From assembly GCF_006345805.1 (NCBI RefSeq), contig NC_043003.1, positions 80,724,001-80,788,000 of the forward strand: a stretch of DNA of 64,000 nt, in the 5' to 3' direction. A program made the translations under genes and the position numbers. The notes beneath the pieces are model-generated. The model ran no database searches, was not told where the DNA came from, and was given only the letters and a program-made list of their open reading frames with translations. Source of the DNA: Octopus sinensis (taxonomy: Eukaryota). Of this stretch, positions 1-11,734 are shown piece by piece (the first letter of the stretch is position 1; each line of letters starts with the position of its first letter).

Positions 1-697
1 GATTTTCTCGATACTCATAGTCACTTGGTAAGAATTATGACTTCAGTGTAGGTATTAAAATTCTATCTAGCGCTTTAGCAGCCCGCCCAAGTTTCGAAGA
101 ATTTGGAAATTGTAGTATAAAAGCTATAACACTTTTCAAGAGAATATGCGCTGATTTAGGTTCTGCAGAGACAAAATTGTGTGTTTGTTGTCAAGCAGCG
201 TCTCCATTGTTCCAATGTATCGAACAGCTTTCATCATCATGTGTCGTAGAATATGTATCATGGTCCTGACAAGGCAGCCTTTGTGTTTCATGATCAAGAA
301 TCGGTCGAGGGCTAATTTGTCCGCGGGAATATCTTCGGCGATGTAATTCGTAAGTACATCTGAGTTTTTAACGAAGTCTCTCTCTATTTTAGCTTTCTCT
401 ATCGCTGTGATCTTACTAAACTATATCGATTCTACTCTAAGTACCCTTTTCAGAGTAAACCACTGTTTGCTGTTGACGATTACACTCCGTCAGCGTTCGC
501 TTACATAATTTCTTAATCCAGTCCGTTCAGAAAGACGCTTCATTTTCGAGTAACTAGAACTCTTCCAACAAAGCCTATCCAGCTAGACCATACATATTAC
601 AAATTAGTAATATGTATGGTCTAGCTAGATAGGCTTTGCTAAGGAAATACGAACAAGTCGTGCTTTCCTTATTCACTGGTCAATAGGATTCTCTATC
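1..697 (-). mobile_element. L1/Tx1-type LINE ORF2 remnant (end of APE endonuclease and downstream linker)
   Basis: Manual minus-strand translation gives (SY)LDRILL, FVICMV*LDR, VIVNSKQWFTLKRVLRVESI*FSK and DKLALDRFLIMKHKGCLVR, with stops and frameshifts. It continues the 1965-2400 fragment across the mariner insertion. Confidence 0.6.
569..638. repeat. 32-bp inverted repeat (hairpin), 6-nt loop, 1 mismatch
   Basis: CAAAGCCTATCCAGCTAGACCATACATATTAC-aaatta-GTAATATGTATGGTCTAGCTAGATAGGCTTTG read directly. Confidence 0.95.
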
Positions 698-699
698 TA

Positions 700-1962
700 C
701 GAAGGACGTTCAATATGTAATGCCTCTGACCCACTCGCAGTTGTTTGATCTAGCTGAAATTTTGCATGTGCAATTATTGATATCTCTATAGAGTAAGTGG
801 CAAATGACAGCTCTGAATTAATTGTGGTTTCTGATTTACAGGTGTTTGAACCGAGTCAAGAGTGAAATGGAGCCTGTTGAATGTCGAGCAGTGATCCGGT
901 TTTTGTATTTGAAAGGACTCACACCACGGGAGTCTTTTGATGAAATGAAAGTAACTTATGGTGATGATGCCCCATCATATGACCTTGTAAAACGCTGGCA
1001 TCGTGAATTCAAACATGGTCGGAACTCTGTGGAAACAGCTCCCAGATCTGGTCGCCCCCTTCTGCCATTAATGAGGCATCTGTCCGTCAAGTTGAGGCTG
1101 CCATTTTGGAAGATCGACGCATAATTATTCGCCAAATAGCCCATGAGGTCAAGATTATACCGGGTCTGTGGAAACTATCATTCATGACCATTTACATATG
1201 CAAAAGGTGTCTGCCAGATGGATTTCCAGGCTGCTCACACCTTTCCAGAAGCAAGAACGCGTCGAGTGCTCGAGGGTGAATTTGGAAATGTGCCAAGAAG
1301 ATGAGTCAAAATTTTTCAAAAGACTGATCACACAGGATGAAACCTGGGTCCATCACGATGATCCAGAAACCAAATCCCAGTCAATGCAGTGGAAGCACCG
1401 TGACTCACCCCCTCCAAAGTAGGCAAGGGTGCAGCCCTCCGATGGCAAGGTCATGCTCACAGTCTTCTGGGACCAGGACGGAGTAGTGATGACAGATTTC
1501 CTGGCAAAGGGTACCACAATTGCAGGAGCCTATTATGCTTCACTTTTGAGGAAATTAAGAGAAGTTATCAAAGTCAAGAGGCGGGGCAAGATCAGCAAAG
1601 GCATCCTCCTCCTGCAGGACAACGCTCCGGTCCACAACTCGCTTGTCGCCAGATCAGAAGCACAGGCATATGGCTATGAACTCCTCCCCATACCCCCTTT
1701 CACCTCTTCCCAATCATGAAGTTGTTTTTGAAAGGAAAGCGTTTCCCAGATGATGCAGCCTTGATTTCTGAAGTCACGTTGAGGTTGGAGGACCAAGCTG
1801 GGTTCTTCTACAAAAACGGTCTCCAGAGCCGCATCAAACGATGGGAGAAATGCGTAACTCTGGGTGGTTCCTATGTAAAAAAAGACTAATAACTGTGCCA
1901 AGTTTCGTTGCTCTACTGCTATGGGAAGTGGATCAGGGGCATTACTTATTGAACGCCCCTCG
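700..1962 (+). mobile_element. Mariner DNA transposon, near full length, defective
   Basis: TIRs CGAAGGACGTTCAATATGTAATGCC at 700 and GGCATTACTTATTGAACGCCCCTCG ending 1962, TA TSDs at 698-699 and 1963-1964, internal transposase. Confidence 0.95.
867..1889 (+). pseudogene. Mariner transposase pseudogene
   Basis: ORF pieces 822-1124, 1168-1422 and 1429-1719 carry the HTH (RAVIRFLYLKG..WHREFKHGR), SARWISRLL (WVPR-like), ITQDETW and LQDNAP motifs. There are frameshifts, a stop at 1420-1422 and loss of the YSPDL motif. Confidence 0.92.
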
Positions 1963-1964
1963 TA

Positions 1965-2400
1965 GATACGATCTGTACCCAATATGATTTGTCCGTCACT
2001 ACATTGATATATTCTGGAAAAGTCTAAGTAACTTAGCAAGACTTTTGCACCAGCGTGTCTTATCAGCTAGCCTCATACAGTCTCAACGAGCCCTCTGCTA
2101 TCTTAGAAGCACCAAAAAATGAGATGTTCCTAAAAAAATCTCCGGATGCCAGAAGAAATTTGGTTCCCCGTATGACGAGGCAATACAAAACAATTAGACT
2201 GAAGACATCCTCTTCACTAATTTACATATCTAGGTCCATCAACTTACCTTCTGCATCCAACAGAATCACTCGTATTGGGAGATCCAGACATTTCCAGCTT
2301 TACCTTAGCAACTACTCCTTCCAATCCAATCGACTGTGAGATGTGTACATCGCGTATCTACGTACAAGAACAAAGTTGGTTCCTATTGGTGCGGTGCTGA
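1965..2400 (-). mobile_element. L1/Tx1-type LINE APE endonuclease remnant (upstream part)
   Basis: Minus-strand translation LDLPIRVILLDAEGKLMDLDM*..FSLIVLY, FFWHPEIFLGTSHFLVLL, GCKSLAKLLRLFQ, GYRSY|LDR resembles L1/Tx1 APE (D.EGRLVVLD..FRLVAVYAP..LGDWN..SYLDR). Confidence 0.6.
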
Positions 2401-2655
2401 TGCTGATTGTGTGGCTAGAATTGTTGCTATTATAGTGTTGAGTCGGCACAAGAGACAACCTTCCGTCTTTCCTTCTTATTCGTGGACAAAAACACACTAG
2501 TGGCACATTTCGTTAGCAATGGTCATATGCAATTTTGTGGCGTCTCATGCTTCCATACTTGCTTGGTCAGTCTGTATCAACAGCTTCAACCCTTGGTTCC
2601 ACCAATTTTGTTTCTTCTATTCCTGGGCCTGCACATTATTAATTTTCTTAATCAC

Positions 2656-2714
2656 TGGTTAAGAGCGGGGGCTACTAACCCCAAGATTCCGAGTTCGATT
2701 CCAAGCAGTGACCT
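2656..2714 (+). other. tRNA-derived fragment (SINE head or tRNA pseudogene), 5' truncated
   Basis: TGGTTAAGAGC (A-box end), stem-loop GGGG-CTACTAA-CCCC and GAGTTCGATTCC (B box), followed by (AAT)n. Confidence 0.65.
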
Positions 2715-2756
2715 GAATAATAATAATAAACGATTCTGCCAGCTCGCCTCCTTAAC

Positions 2757-2802
<46 letters not shown>

Positions 2803-2812
2803 TAATAATAAT
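2757..2812. repeat. (AAT)n microsatellite
   Basis: Seen directly. Confidence 0.95.
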
Positions 2813-2879
2813 GAATAAAAAGTTTTGAATGGTACAACAATGCACTATAATACAAACAATGGACTATATACCTGTTGTA

Positions 2880-4860
2880 ATTTAATCATCGATAGTCTGA
2901 TATGATATTTCGGAATAATATTCCTTCTTCAGGTATTCTTAGATGGAGTCGCTGCTATAATCGATTTTCCAACGGCTTTTCCTCTTTATTATTTTTTGAA
3001 GCGTCTCAGCAGTGGTCTCACGAAGCTCCTTCTGGAATTCCTCATGAGAATTGCGTGAGGTCGGCCATGTCTCAATCTCGTGTGTACTGGTACATCCGTA
3101 GCGCTGCTTCTAAGTTACGTGCAGTTTCCTTTTTTCCTTTTTATTTTTCTCTTCTCTTTTTTTTGTTTAAACTACAGATGAGCATATTATCAAAAATGTA
3201 CCTACATGTATCCAGATGTAGCTAAATAATATATTCATTACCAACCTCCAGCCTGTTGCTATTTGGAACCCTAGTCTGTGTATGAGTATAGCTTCCTTAA
3301 TTCTTAAATTACCCAAATTTCTTTCATTGGTCTCAATTGTGTCTATTATGCTTTTGTCAGTGTTCCGGCATCTCGGGTTCATATGTTCTTTGATGTGCAC
3401 GTGTAACGGTCTTGTTGTGCTACCCACATAGAACTTATTGCATTTGTTACATTGTATTCTATGCACAATATTTACCCGTTGGCTTAAATCTGTCACGGAC
3501 GGGACAGTTTGTTAGTGTACATTGGTTTTGTCCCTTGTTCGTTTCTTTGCGAGGTACCTTCTCGAAAGGGGCCGGGGTGGGCTAGTTGTATGTCGAGCCC
3601 TTCTCTTCTTATGGCTCTTCGAATGGATGTAGATATTCTCTCGCTAAAATAGGGTATTTTAAGGAAGCATGTGTAGCTGGGTTTTATTTGTTCAGCGTGT
3701 TGGTCATCTTGGGCACTTAAGCCGATTTATAATGGATCTTGGATACCCGTTGTTTTTAAATATATCTAGAAAGCGTGTAGTGTGGGTCACCTTGTCCTCT
3801 GTTCTACTGCACTTACCCTGGATGCATGCAAGTTCAGTTCTGGCGTAACCTATTCTGGCACCAAGTGGAAGTGCTGAATTGAATTGGACAAACATATCTC
3901 TACTGGCTGCTTTTCTGTAGAATTCAGTGTGGATCTCCCTTTCTTCCGTTATATTCAGTTTGAAGTCAAGTACTGATAGCGATCCAGTGATGTCGGGCTG
4001 TTCTATAGTGAACTTTATGCTAATGTCCATGTTGTTGAACGTCGTGAATATTATGTCAGCCTATTCACGGGAGGATGTGTGTATGAAGATGCCATGTACG
4101 TATCTGGTAAAGAAGGCGCATGGGTGGCAGATGGTGAGTGCTCGACTTTCCACATGTTCATATAAGTGATGGCTAGTAGGCCAGAGAGACTGGATCCCAT
4201 GGGGAGACCTGTTGTCTGCTTGTATTTGTGGTCCTGGAAAGAGAAGTAGGTGTTGTCCACGATGATGGACAAAAGTTGATGAATATCGTCTGCAGTAAGT
4301 CCGAAACATTGGATGTCGGAAACTATTATGCAGTCAGTCAATAGGTTGACCGCCGAGTGTGCTGGCACCGTTGTGTACATTGAGACAACGTGAAGACTAA
4401 AGGCATATCTGTTTTGCCTGAGTTGGTCTAGGGGCAATTGGTGCCGTCTTTTGATGACTTCGTCGGAGTTTTTGACGCGTGCAGGAAATGTGGAGAGTAT
4501 GGGTTTCAGGATGTGAGAAAGTAACAAGGATATTTTATATAGAGTGCCTTCCATGCTGGAGACGATGGGTATAATCTGGATCGTGTTGCGCTTCTTGTGT
4601 GTTTTAATGAGGTGGTAAAATCTGGGTAACCTACTGTTCTTTGTGATGAAGTTGTTCTTCAAATTATTAAGTATTTGTCTCCGTCTACAGATGTCCGTCC
4701 ATGCGGTGTTAATTCGGTCCTCAGTCCTGGTCACAGTTATATCTGTCACTTCAGAATATAGCCTGTCATTGCTTAAATGTTCTAGTGCCAGTCTATCATA
4801 TATTTCACAAGAAATCACGCAGATTTCTTTTCCTTTATTTGATGGTAAGTATACAATAAG
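2880..4860 (-). mobile_element. Penelope-like retroelement, decayed (RT plus C-terminal GIY-YIG)
   Basis: RT motifs LPSNKGK, PRFYHLIKTHK, SLHVVSMYTTVP, GLPMGSSLSG, FTRYV(DD-like) and LSVLDF..FYRK. Cys linker CTLTNCP. GIY-YIG VHRIQCNKCNKFYVGSTTRPLHVHIKEH..LRIKEAILI. Confidence 0.92.
2896..2936 (-). ncRNA. Hammerhead ribozyme-like motif in PLE 3' repeat (imperfect stem I)
   Basis: Minus strand: CUGAAGA-A-GGAAU(AUU)AUUCC-GAAA-UAUCAU-AUC. Confidence 0.55.
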
Positions 4861-7333
4861 TGAATGACTCACGGAAGGGAAAACTATCCTAATTCCCCAA
4901 TTCCCTGAACGGCAAATCCACAAAACTACAGACAGGTAACTTGTCTCGCTAAAATTTGCAAAGCCTTTTCTGCAATAATATCGAATTTAGGCAAACAGCT
5001 GGAAGAAAACAAGCTGTTCCCAAAAGAGAAAAAGGGATGCTGCAAGTGCTTATACGGCTATAAAGATCAGCTACTGATCAATAAATCCATAACTGAAGAC
5101 AGCAGTAGAAAGTCGAAGAGTCTATGTATGGCATGAATCCTAGAAACACTAGCCATGAACACAGTAGCAGAAATAATCATGAAATATATAAAATATTCAA
5201 TGAATAAATGGCTAACAGTGCTACAGCTCCAGACAAAAGAAAGTTACATAAAAACGAAGGCCATCCCCTTTAGAAGCGGAAAATTCCAAGGAGACATACT
5301 TTCTCCATTCATTTTCAGCATGACACTGAAACCCTTATCTGACATGCTAAACAGAACTCGATGTGGATATAACTGTTACGACAAAACAATCAGCCGTCGG
5401 CTGTATATGGATGATCTAAAACTGTACGCTGCAAATGATAAACAGCTGGAAACATTATTACAGATAGTACATGGATATACCAAAGAAATAAACATGAAAT
5501 TTGGCTCAGAAAAATGTGTCATAGCAACCTTGAAAAGAGGAAAACTAGTTATGCGTAGCAACATCACACTAGATAAAACAAATGAGATAAGAAGAATTTG
5601 ACCAAAGCCAGACATACAAATACTTAGAAATCAATGAACTAGATACAACAGACAAAAATGAGAGAGAAGATAAAAATGAATACTATAGACGAGTTACATT
5701 GATATTGAAAACAGAGCTGAATACGAAAAACAAGACAATATGTATCAGCACTCTAGCCGTCCCAGTTATAAGTTACTGCTACAATATTCTTGACAGGACT
5801 CTAAATGACCTAATCAAAGTAGACAAGAAAACAAAATTGCAGGATTTAGGATGCATCACTCAAAATCTGATATAGAAAGGCTATACATACAACGTGTATG
5901 GTAGGGGCCTTATGCAGCAAGAAATCTATTACAAAATAACCACCACATTACTAAAGAAATACATTACCTATTTCTGAAGCAACGTAAACTAATACAAATA
6001 GCCACAAAACAGGAACAAAATAAAAAAAAATTGTTTTCAGTCTTTAAGGAAGCTAACAATTATAAAAAAAAAATAAGTCATAATACCTAATATTAACGAG
6101 AGAAAAGAAGAAACAAGAAAATATGTAAAGCAACTGAAAAACAAACTAAAACTGGAACAGCAACGTATCATGATAAAATGATGGCTAGAAAAGCCCGTTC
6201 ATAGCAAATATTAGATTAAGCTAAACAGAAAACAAATAGAGAAAGCGACATCTCAACAATGGCTGAGAAGCTCAAGACTCAAAGTAGAGAGTGAAGGATT
6301 ATTAATTGCAGCTCAAGATGGAAGCCTTCCAGCCAGTAATCACCAAAAACAATACAAGTACCAGCAGGAATATAAGTAACGGCAGACTATGTGATAATGG
6401 AGGAGAAACAATAAATGATATAGTCTCTGGCTGCCAAGTCTAGTCTAAGAAGGCATATATGCACAGACACGACAGAGTTGGGATCAATATACACTGGAAG
6501 CTATGCCGACTCTATGGAATAACAACAGACAAAAGATGGTATAGGCACACCCCAGAAAAGGTTACAAAAAATGGGAAATAGAATATGGCAATACACACGG
6601 ATAGAGAAATTAAGTCCAATAGGTCGGATATGGTTGTCAGAGATCACCAAGAAGACAGAAATGATTTCTAATCGATGTATCATATGCATCATATTACAAG
6701 CCAATGTACGTCACTAACACAGAAAGAATATGAGACATCGTGACAACATAGCAAGGATTCTCCAATGGACACTTTGCAACAAGGATGGACTTAACAGAGC
6801 AAAATGTGATAAAAACATAAACCCAAAGTCATCATTGAAAATGATAATGCAAAGATCCTATGTGATTTTATGATTCAGTGCGACCATGAGATAGAGTATA
6901 TGAAACCAGTGATTGAGAAAGAAATCAAATAATGTTGAATCATAGGTGTAGCATGCCCAGCTGATAACAAGGTATGAGGTAAAGAAGAAAGAAAAGTCGA
7001 TAGATATGACAGGTTAGCTTGCGAAGTTAAGCAGTTGTGGTCACTGAAAATGTGGCAGTAATACCTATAATTGTCGGAGCCCTGGAAACATTGAGTAAAA
7101 TCTTAAATGGACATATAACAAATAGGTGCTGTAATAAGTGTGGAGTACTTGCAGAAAACAGCACTGCTTGGAACCGCTCGAATACGCCGAATGGTGCTCG
7201 AGTTGTTACCTGAGTTCACTGGTAGTTGTTACCTGAGTTCACTGGTAGTGAAATAAGAGTTGTTACCTGAGTTCACTGGTAGTGAATAGCTGACACCGTA
7301 GTACATCTCCAGTGTTAGAAGCTATGCGAATAC

Positions 7334-7372
<39 letters not shown>
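4860..7372 (+). mobile_element. R4/Dong-type non-LTR retrotransposon, 5'-truncated, decayed, composite 3' end, (AAT)n tail
   Basis: EGKTILIP, FQGDILSP and LYMDDLKLYA (RT), then CRLC..ETI..IVSGC, RHD and the REL region. A second RHD-REL block runs 6705-7200 ending LQKTALLGTARI. (AAT)n at 7335-7372. Confidence 0.88.
7201..7280. repeat. Three copies of 23-bp AGTTGTTACCTGAGTTCACTGGT
   Basis: Copies at 7201-7223, 7224-7246 and 7258-7280. Confidence 0.9.
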
Positions 7373-8399
7373 TTCTAATATTAGGCGAATACGAAATATT
7401 GAATAAGATTTAGTTCTGAATGAAAGGAAATGATTAAGCATATAAGCCACTGGCTGTACAATATTGTTTAAACTGCCAAAACAAAACCATATTGTTCATA
7501 TTTTCCAAATATATCATTAATTGATAGGGAAAGGATTTGAAGACAAAATACAAAATAATAAAAAAAGGGAAAACATATATAATAAATTGAATTATACAAT
7601 ATATAATGTAATACGGGGAGATGTATTATAAATGAAACACGTTAGCAACATCGTTAACAACACATAGAGATTAAACGCCCACTGAATGAAAGACGTATGA
7701 ATAAAGCTGCGTCACTGCATGCATATATAGTGTATGGTCGAGAGATGTCAGCAGCGATAATGCTTCAGTCAAAAGGATTGTCATTAACAATGGGAAAGCA
7801 ATCTCATTCTTGTTGAAGGGTGTAAATGGAATAGGTTAGTTATGTAAATACGTTTATAAAACCCTTTATGATCTCATGTAAAATGTGCTCTTCCGTGCAC
7901 TGCACCAAAGGAAGCAAAAAGTAATGTGGTCATGGGTGGAAATTTTCTGCACATAGATCGTCTCAGTTTGACCTGCAATTAATAGCAGCAACATTATTAG
8001 CTACAGTAGTATAAAAAGATGAGCGGAAAAAATATGATGAATCATTCTCCGCAAGCTTTGAACGCAACAAATATACACTTCACCTTGATACCCTAAATTC
8101 CATTCTTGTTAGTGGGTGAATATTCCGCAAAAACTTCTTAACATGATAGAACTCACAGGCCGATTTAGCACGACACAATGTAACAGAGCTGGACAGTTGA
8201 ATTACACGTACAATACATGGTGCGTCTTTCATGTAGTTTCTGCCTATTTAATTTCATTTACTATGATTAATGTGATGATGCAACGAGACGTAATGTGTAA
8301 GAAACAAAACATTTCACTATTTATCCATGCATATGTTCGGGAAAATGTTATCATTAATGTGACATAAATAAATTTGATATTACACAATGCAAAGACAGG

Positions 8400-8605
8400 A
8401 AACTCGGAGAATCGTTATCACGTCGAGCAAAATACTTACCGGCATTTCATCTGTTCCTCCGCTCTGAGTTCAAATTCCACCGAGATCTATTTTGCCTTTC
8501 ATGCTTACTTGGTGTATAAAAAAATATCACTTGAGCACTGAGGTCAATAAAATCGGCATAGCCCTCCCCTAAATTAACTGGGCTTGTGCTACAATTTGAA
8601 ATCGA
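8400..8605 (+). mobile_element. tRNA-derived SINE family B, old copy
   Basis: GAATCGTTATCACGTCGAGCAAAATACTTA..CTGAGTTCAAATTCCACCGAG..TTTGCCTTTCAT is similar to the copies at 16535-16745 and 29877-30097. Confidence 0.75.
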
Positions 8606-9003
8606 TATCACACAATTACAACCAGTTGCATTATGTGTCAGCAATTTGTGCCAGAAAAAGATGAAGCCATAGTAATCCATAGTTTTTATAACTGAAATCG
8701 AAATGTCAAATAACGGAGATTTAAACAACTGAGATTAAAAATTGTTTCTACAGTCCTACCTGGAATAGAACATTGATTGATGAAAATGAGAATTCTATTG
8801 ATTATATTCTACTCTATGTCCATTTTACTTTATTCTTATTGAAAAATGTTAAACGATTATTAGTTGTTATACACTTATTAAAGCTTCAGTCATAGCCGCA
8901 ATGTTGACAAAATGTGATTTACGAAGTGCCTTGTTGCTAATACTACATAATGTTTCTGATTACACACACACACTCACGCGCACAGATATTCGTATATCCA
9001 TCC

Positions 9004-9004
<1 letters not shown>

Positions 9005-9075
<71 letters not shown>
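9005..9075. repeat. (CTAT)n microsatellite
   Basis: Seen directly. Confidence 0.95.
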
Positions 9076-9077
<2 letters not shown>

Positions 9078-9247
9078 TTATCCATCTATCTCTATAAGAA
9101 TACATATCCAGCTATAGATCGAAACAGAGGCAGATTGAAAACTAGAAAGATAGACTTATAAATAGTTACTTAGATAATAGATACATGTATGTGTTTGAGT
9201 GTAAATGTGTTTTACGCACTACATTTTTTAAATATTTCACATGCTCA

Positions 9248-9460
9248 AGGTAGTGATCTGGCACAATCCTTAGCACGCCGTGCAAATTGCTTAACGCCAT
9301 TTTGCCCGTCTCTACATTCTGAGTTCAAATTTACCTGGGTTCATCTTTGCCTTTCGTCATTTCAGGGAGTCGATATAATAAGTACCAATTGAATACTCGT
9401 GTCGATGTCAATGACTAATCTCCTCTACTAAAACTGTTGGCCTTTTGAAAAATGGGGAAA
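9248..9460 (+). mobile_element. tRNA-derived SINE family B, old copy
   Basis: CTGGCACAATCCTTAGCACGCCG..TTCTGAGTTCAAATT..TTTGCCTTTC..GTCGATATAATAAGTACCA. Confidence 0.78.
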
Positions 9461-9479
9461 CCACTATTTTCTTATTGCA

Positions 9480-9880
9480 CCAAGTGTGTGCATACTAAAG
9501 CAACTACAATTTGCATGATTGTATTAAGAGAGAAAATGAGCTGGAAAGCATTCAATAGAGTTGCATTGTGTTTGTAAACTTACAGAAGTTGAATAATTTC
9601 AATAGTTTGACTAAGTCGTATGTCTTCCTATGGTCTAGTCAGGCAAAAACGGATGTGAATCATGCACGTCTTATGCTTTGCAAAATTATTGCTCGAAAAG
9701 AAGCGCTATTTTCTCTTTTGGAAGCAGAGCACTAGAATGAATAGCGTGAGCCAAGTGGGTTTATTTTAAAGCCATAAAAGTTACAAGCTGTTGTATAAAA
9801 CCAATAGTTTGAGCTTGTTCAGAAATAGTAGGATCATTCCCACCAACAAACTTCTGTAATTCCCATTTAGTGATTTTGAA
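9480..9880 (+). mobile_element. Possible highly decayed AcademX-like DNA transposon fragment (XPG-like C-terminal region)
   Basis: Frame-broken peptides KMSWKAF, VCL(L)YG, TDVNHARLMLCK and KLQAVV*NQ*FELVQ occur in the order expected for GK..AWK.F / FVC.LYG / TDVN.AR..LF / NYQA.IW. Recognition only. Confidence 0.3.
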
Positions 9881-10214
9881 TCTCGTTTCCTGGAAGATTA
9901 TGAGGCAAAAATATAAACTATGTCACAGAGCTGACCCACAGCCATATATATTTAAAAAACTGAAAGTTGAACTGACTGTGGTAGATATATGAAAGTAAGC
10001 ACATAAAGGCAAAATAAGGTAGAATAAATAGCACTGGTATACCTAAGGTACATTCACATGCTATTTTTAAAGTTGCTCGTTTCTCATCGTGTTCTAAGTT
10101 TTTTTGGTTTCTTGTACCCATATATGCATGTATATACATATAGATGTAGGTATGTACATATATGTATACATGCATATGCTTATATATTATTTATGTTATA
10201 TATATATATGTATA

Positions 10215-10882
10215 ATATAAATTAGAGATAAAACCACTATTATGTAATTCAAACAATGATAGACATAAACCAAAGCATAAATAACAAATAAAATATATTT
10301 TTATAAGGCATATAACGAGATCACAAAAAGTATAAAAATAACTAATCAATACATAATAAGTAAAAAACTACGTACGTTTCATGGCTATAATTAAATTCGA
10401 ATTACAATTAAATTTTAATTTAATTGAAATGAATTCAATTTAAAATTATAGTAAATCTTCAGGTTAACAATAATAGTTAAATAAATACGCAAAAAGAATT
10501 AAACAATATTTATTAAAAAAATAAATAAAATAATGTTTATTTCTTATAGAAGAAATACCATTTACTAAATTTGACTAACTTTAAATTAAATGGTAAGGAA
10601 ATATCCACGCAGGGTGAAGTGGTGAGTCATGAGTTCAAAGTCATGTCATCACTGCAGATCTGTCGTAGACGGAGGAAGTGGGAGTAGGGGATAGATCATT
10701 TGTGTGTGGGGTGGGAGGGGAAGAATTTGACCTACGAGTGTGAGTCTCTGTGTTTGTAGTGGATGGGGAGGTTAGAGCAGTGTGGCCTATGATGTCAAGT
10801 AATTCAATGAAGCAGTTGGAGACAGAGCAAGAGAATTAGAGAGCAGGATGGAAGGAGTGTACGAAGGAGAAAATGTAGTCAG

Positions 10883-10887
<5 letters not shown>
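10215..10887 (-). mobile_element. Short Penelope-derived element between (TA)n tracts (RT-thumb fragment plus terminal repeat)
   Basis: Minus-strand peptides FSFVHSFHPAL*FSCSVS..ELLDI and SHP..K*SIPYSHFLRLRQICSDD, followed by an AT-rich segment carrying a hammerhead. Confidence 0.75.
10366..10465 (-). ncRNA. Type I hammerhead ribozyme with long stem II
   Basis: AAC-CUGAAGA-..CUAUAAUU....AAUUAUAG..-GAAA-CGUAC-GUA-GUU: intact core, stem I AAC/GUU, palindromic ACGUACGU stem III. Confidence 0.75.
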
Positions 10888-10917
<30 letters not shown>

Positions 10918-11306
10918 GTATGTGTATGGGAGCTCGTGAGAGGGTGTGTGCGTGTTTGTGCACGAGTGTATGAGTTTAAAGGTGCGTGGTCTTGCGGTTT
11001 GGATGCTGAACTCACGATCACGATATTCGGGGATTTGAGACGCAGGCCGGCAGTGTGTTCTTGGGGAAAGAATTCCATATCACGTTGCTCCAGTCCATTC
11101 ATCCCTGCGAAGGAATGTCATTCCACTCAGGGATAATGTTATTCTACGCAGCTAGCTGCAGCTGCTGCTGCTGCTACTGCTATTACTACTAGTAGTAGTA
11201 GTAGTACAACTACTACTACTAGTAGTAGTGGTTTGAAATTTGGGTATCAGACTAGCAAATTTGTGGCAAGGGGTAAGTTGTGTACAGTGTGATGAAGCAC
11301 GTTGTG

Positions 11307-11337
<31 letters not shown>

Positions 11338-11339
11338 CA

Positions 11340-11723
11340 CTAGCAGTATCGCCCGGCGTTGCTCGGGTTTGTAAGGGAAATAACTATATAAGCATTTTTA
11401 GAGAGTTATAGCCAAAAAATAGCAAACAAATGCATTAAAAATTGAAAAAAATTAGGGTAAATTTTTTTTTAAATCGTTGACACATCGTAGATATTTTTAG
11501 AGAGTTACATCCCTTATATAAAAGCGAAAAAAATGCATTAAAATGGAAAAATATGATGGTAAATTTTTTTTAAATCGTAGACGCGCGCTAATACCCAGAA
11601 GGGCTCGATATGAATCACGACTATAAGATACCCGCTTTTGGTTAAACTGCACCGCAAAATGTGGGAGTAGTTAGGAATCTAAATCGTAGGAGACAGACAC
11701 ACAACTTCACTCTTATATAAAGA
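11340..11723 (-). mobile_element. Non-autonomous Helitron
   Basis: Minus strand: 5' TCTTTATATAAG, 3' hairpin CCCGAGCAACGCCGGG followed by CGATACTG-CTAG, inserted between A and T with no TSD. Confidence 0.85.
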
Positions 11724-11734
11724 TGCTTTTTTTT

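Noticed and set aside
7201-7280. 23-bp direct repeats as a CRISPR-like array
   Set aside because: The spacers are 0 and 11 bp, the context is a eukaryotic LINE 3' end, and there are no cas genes.
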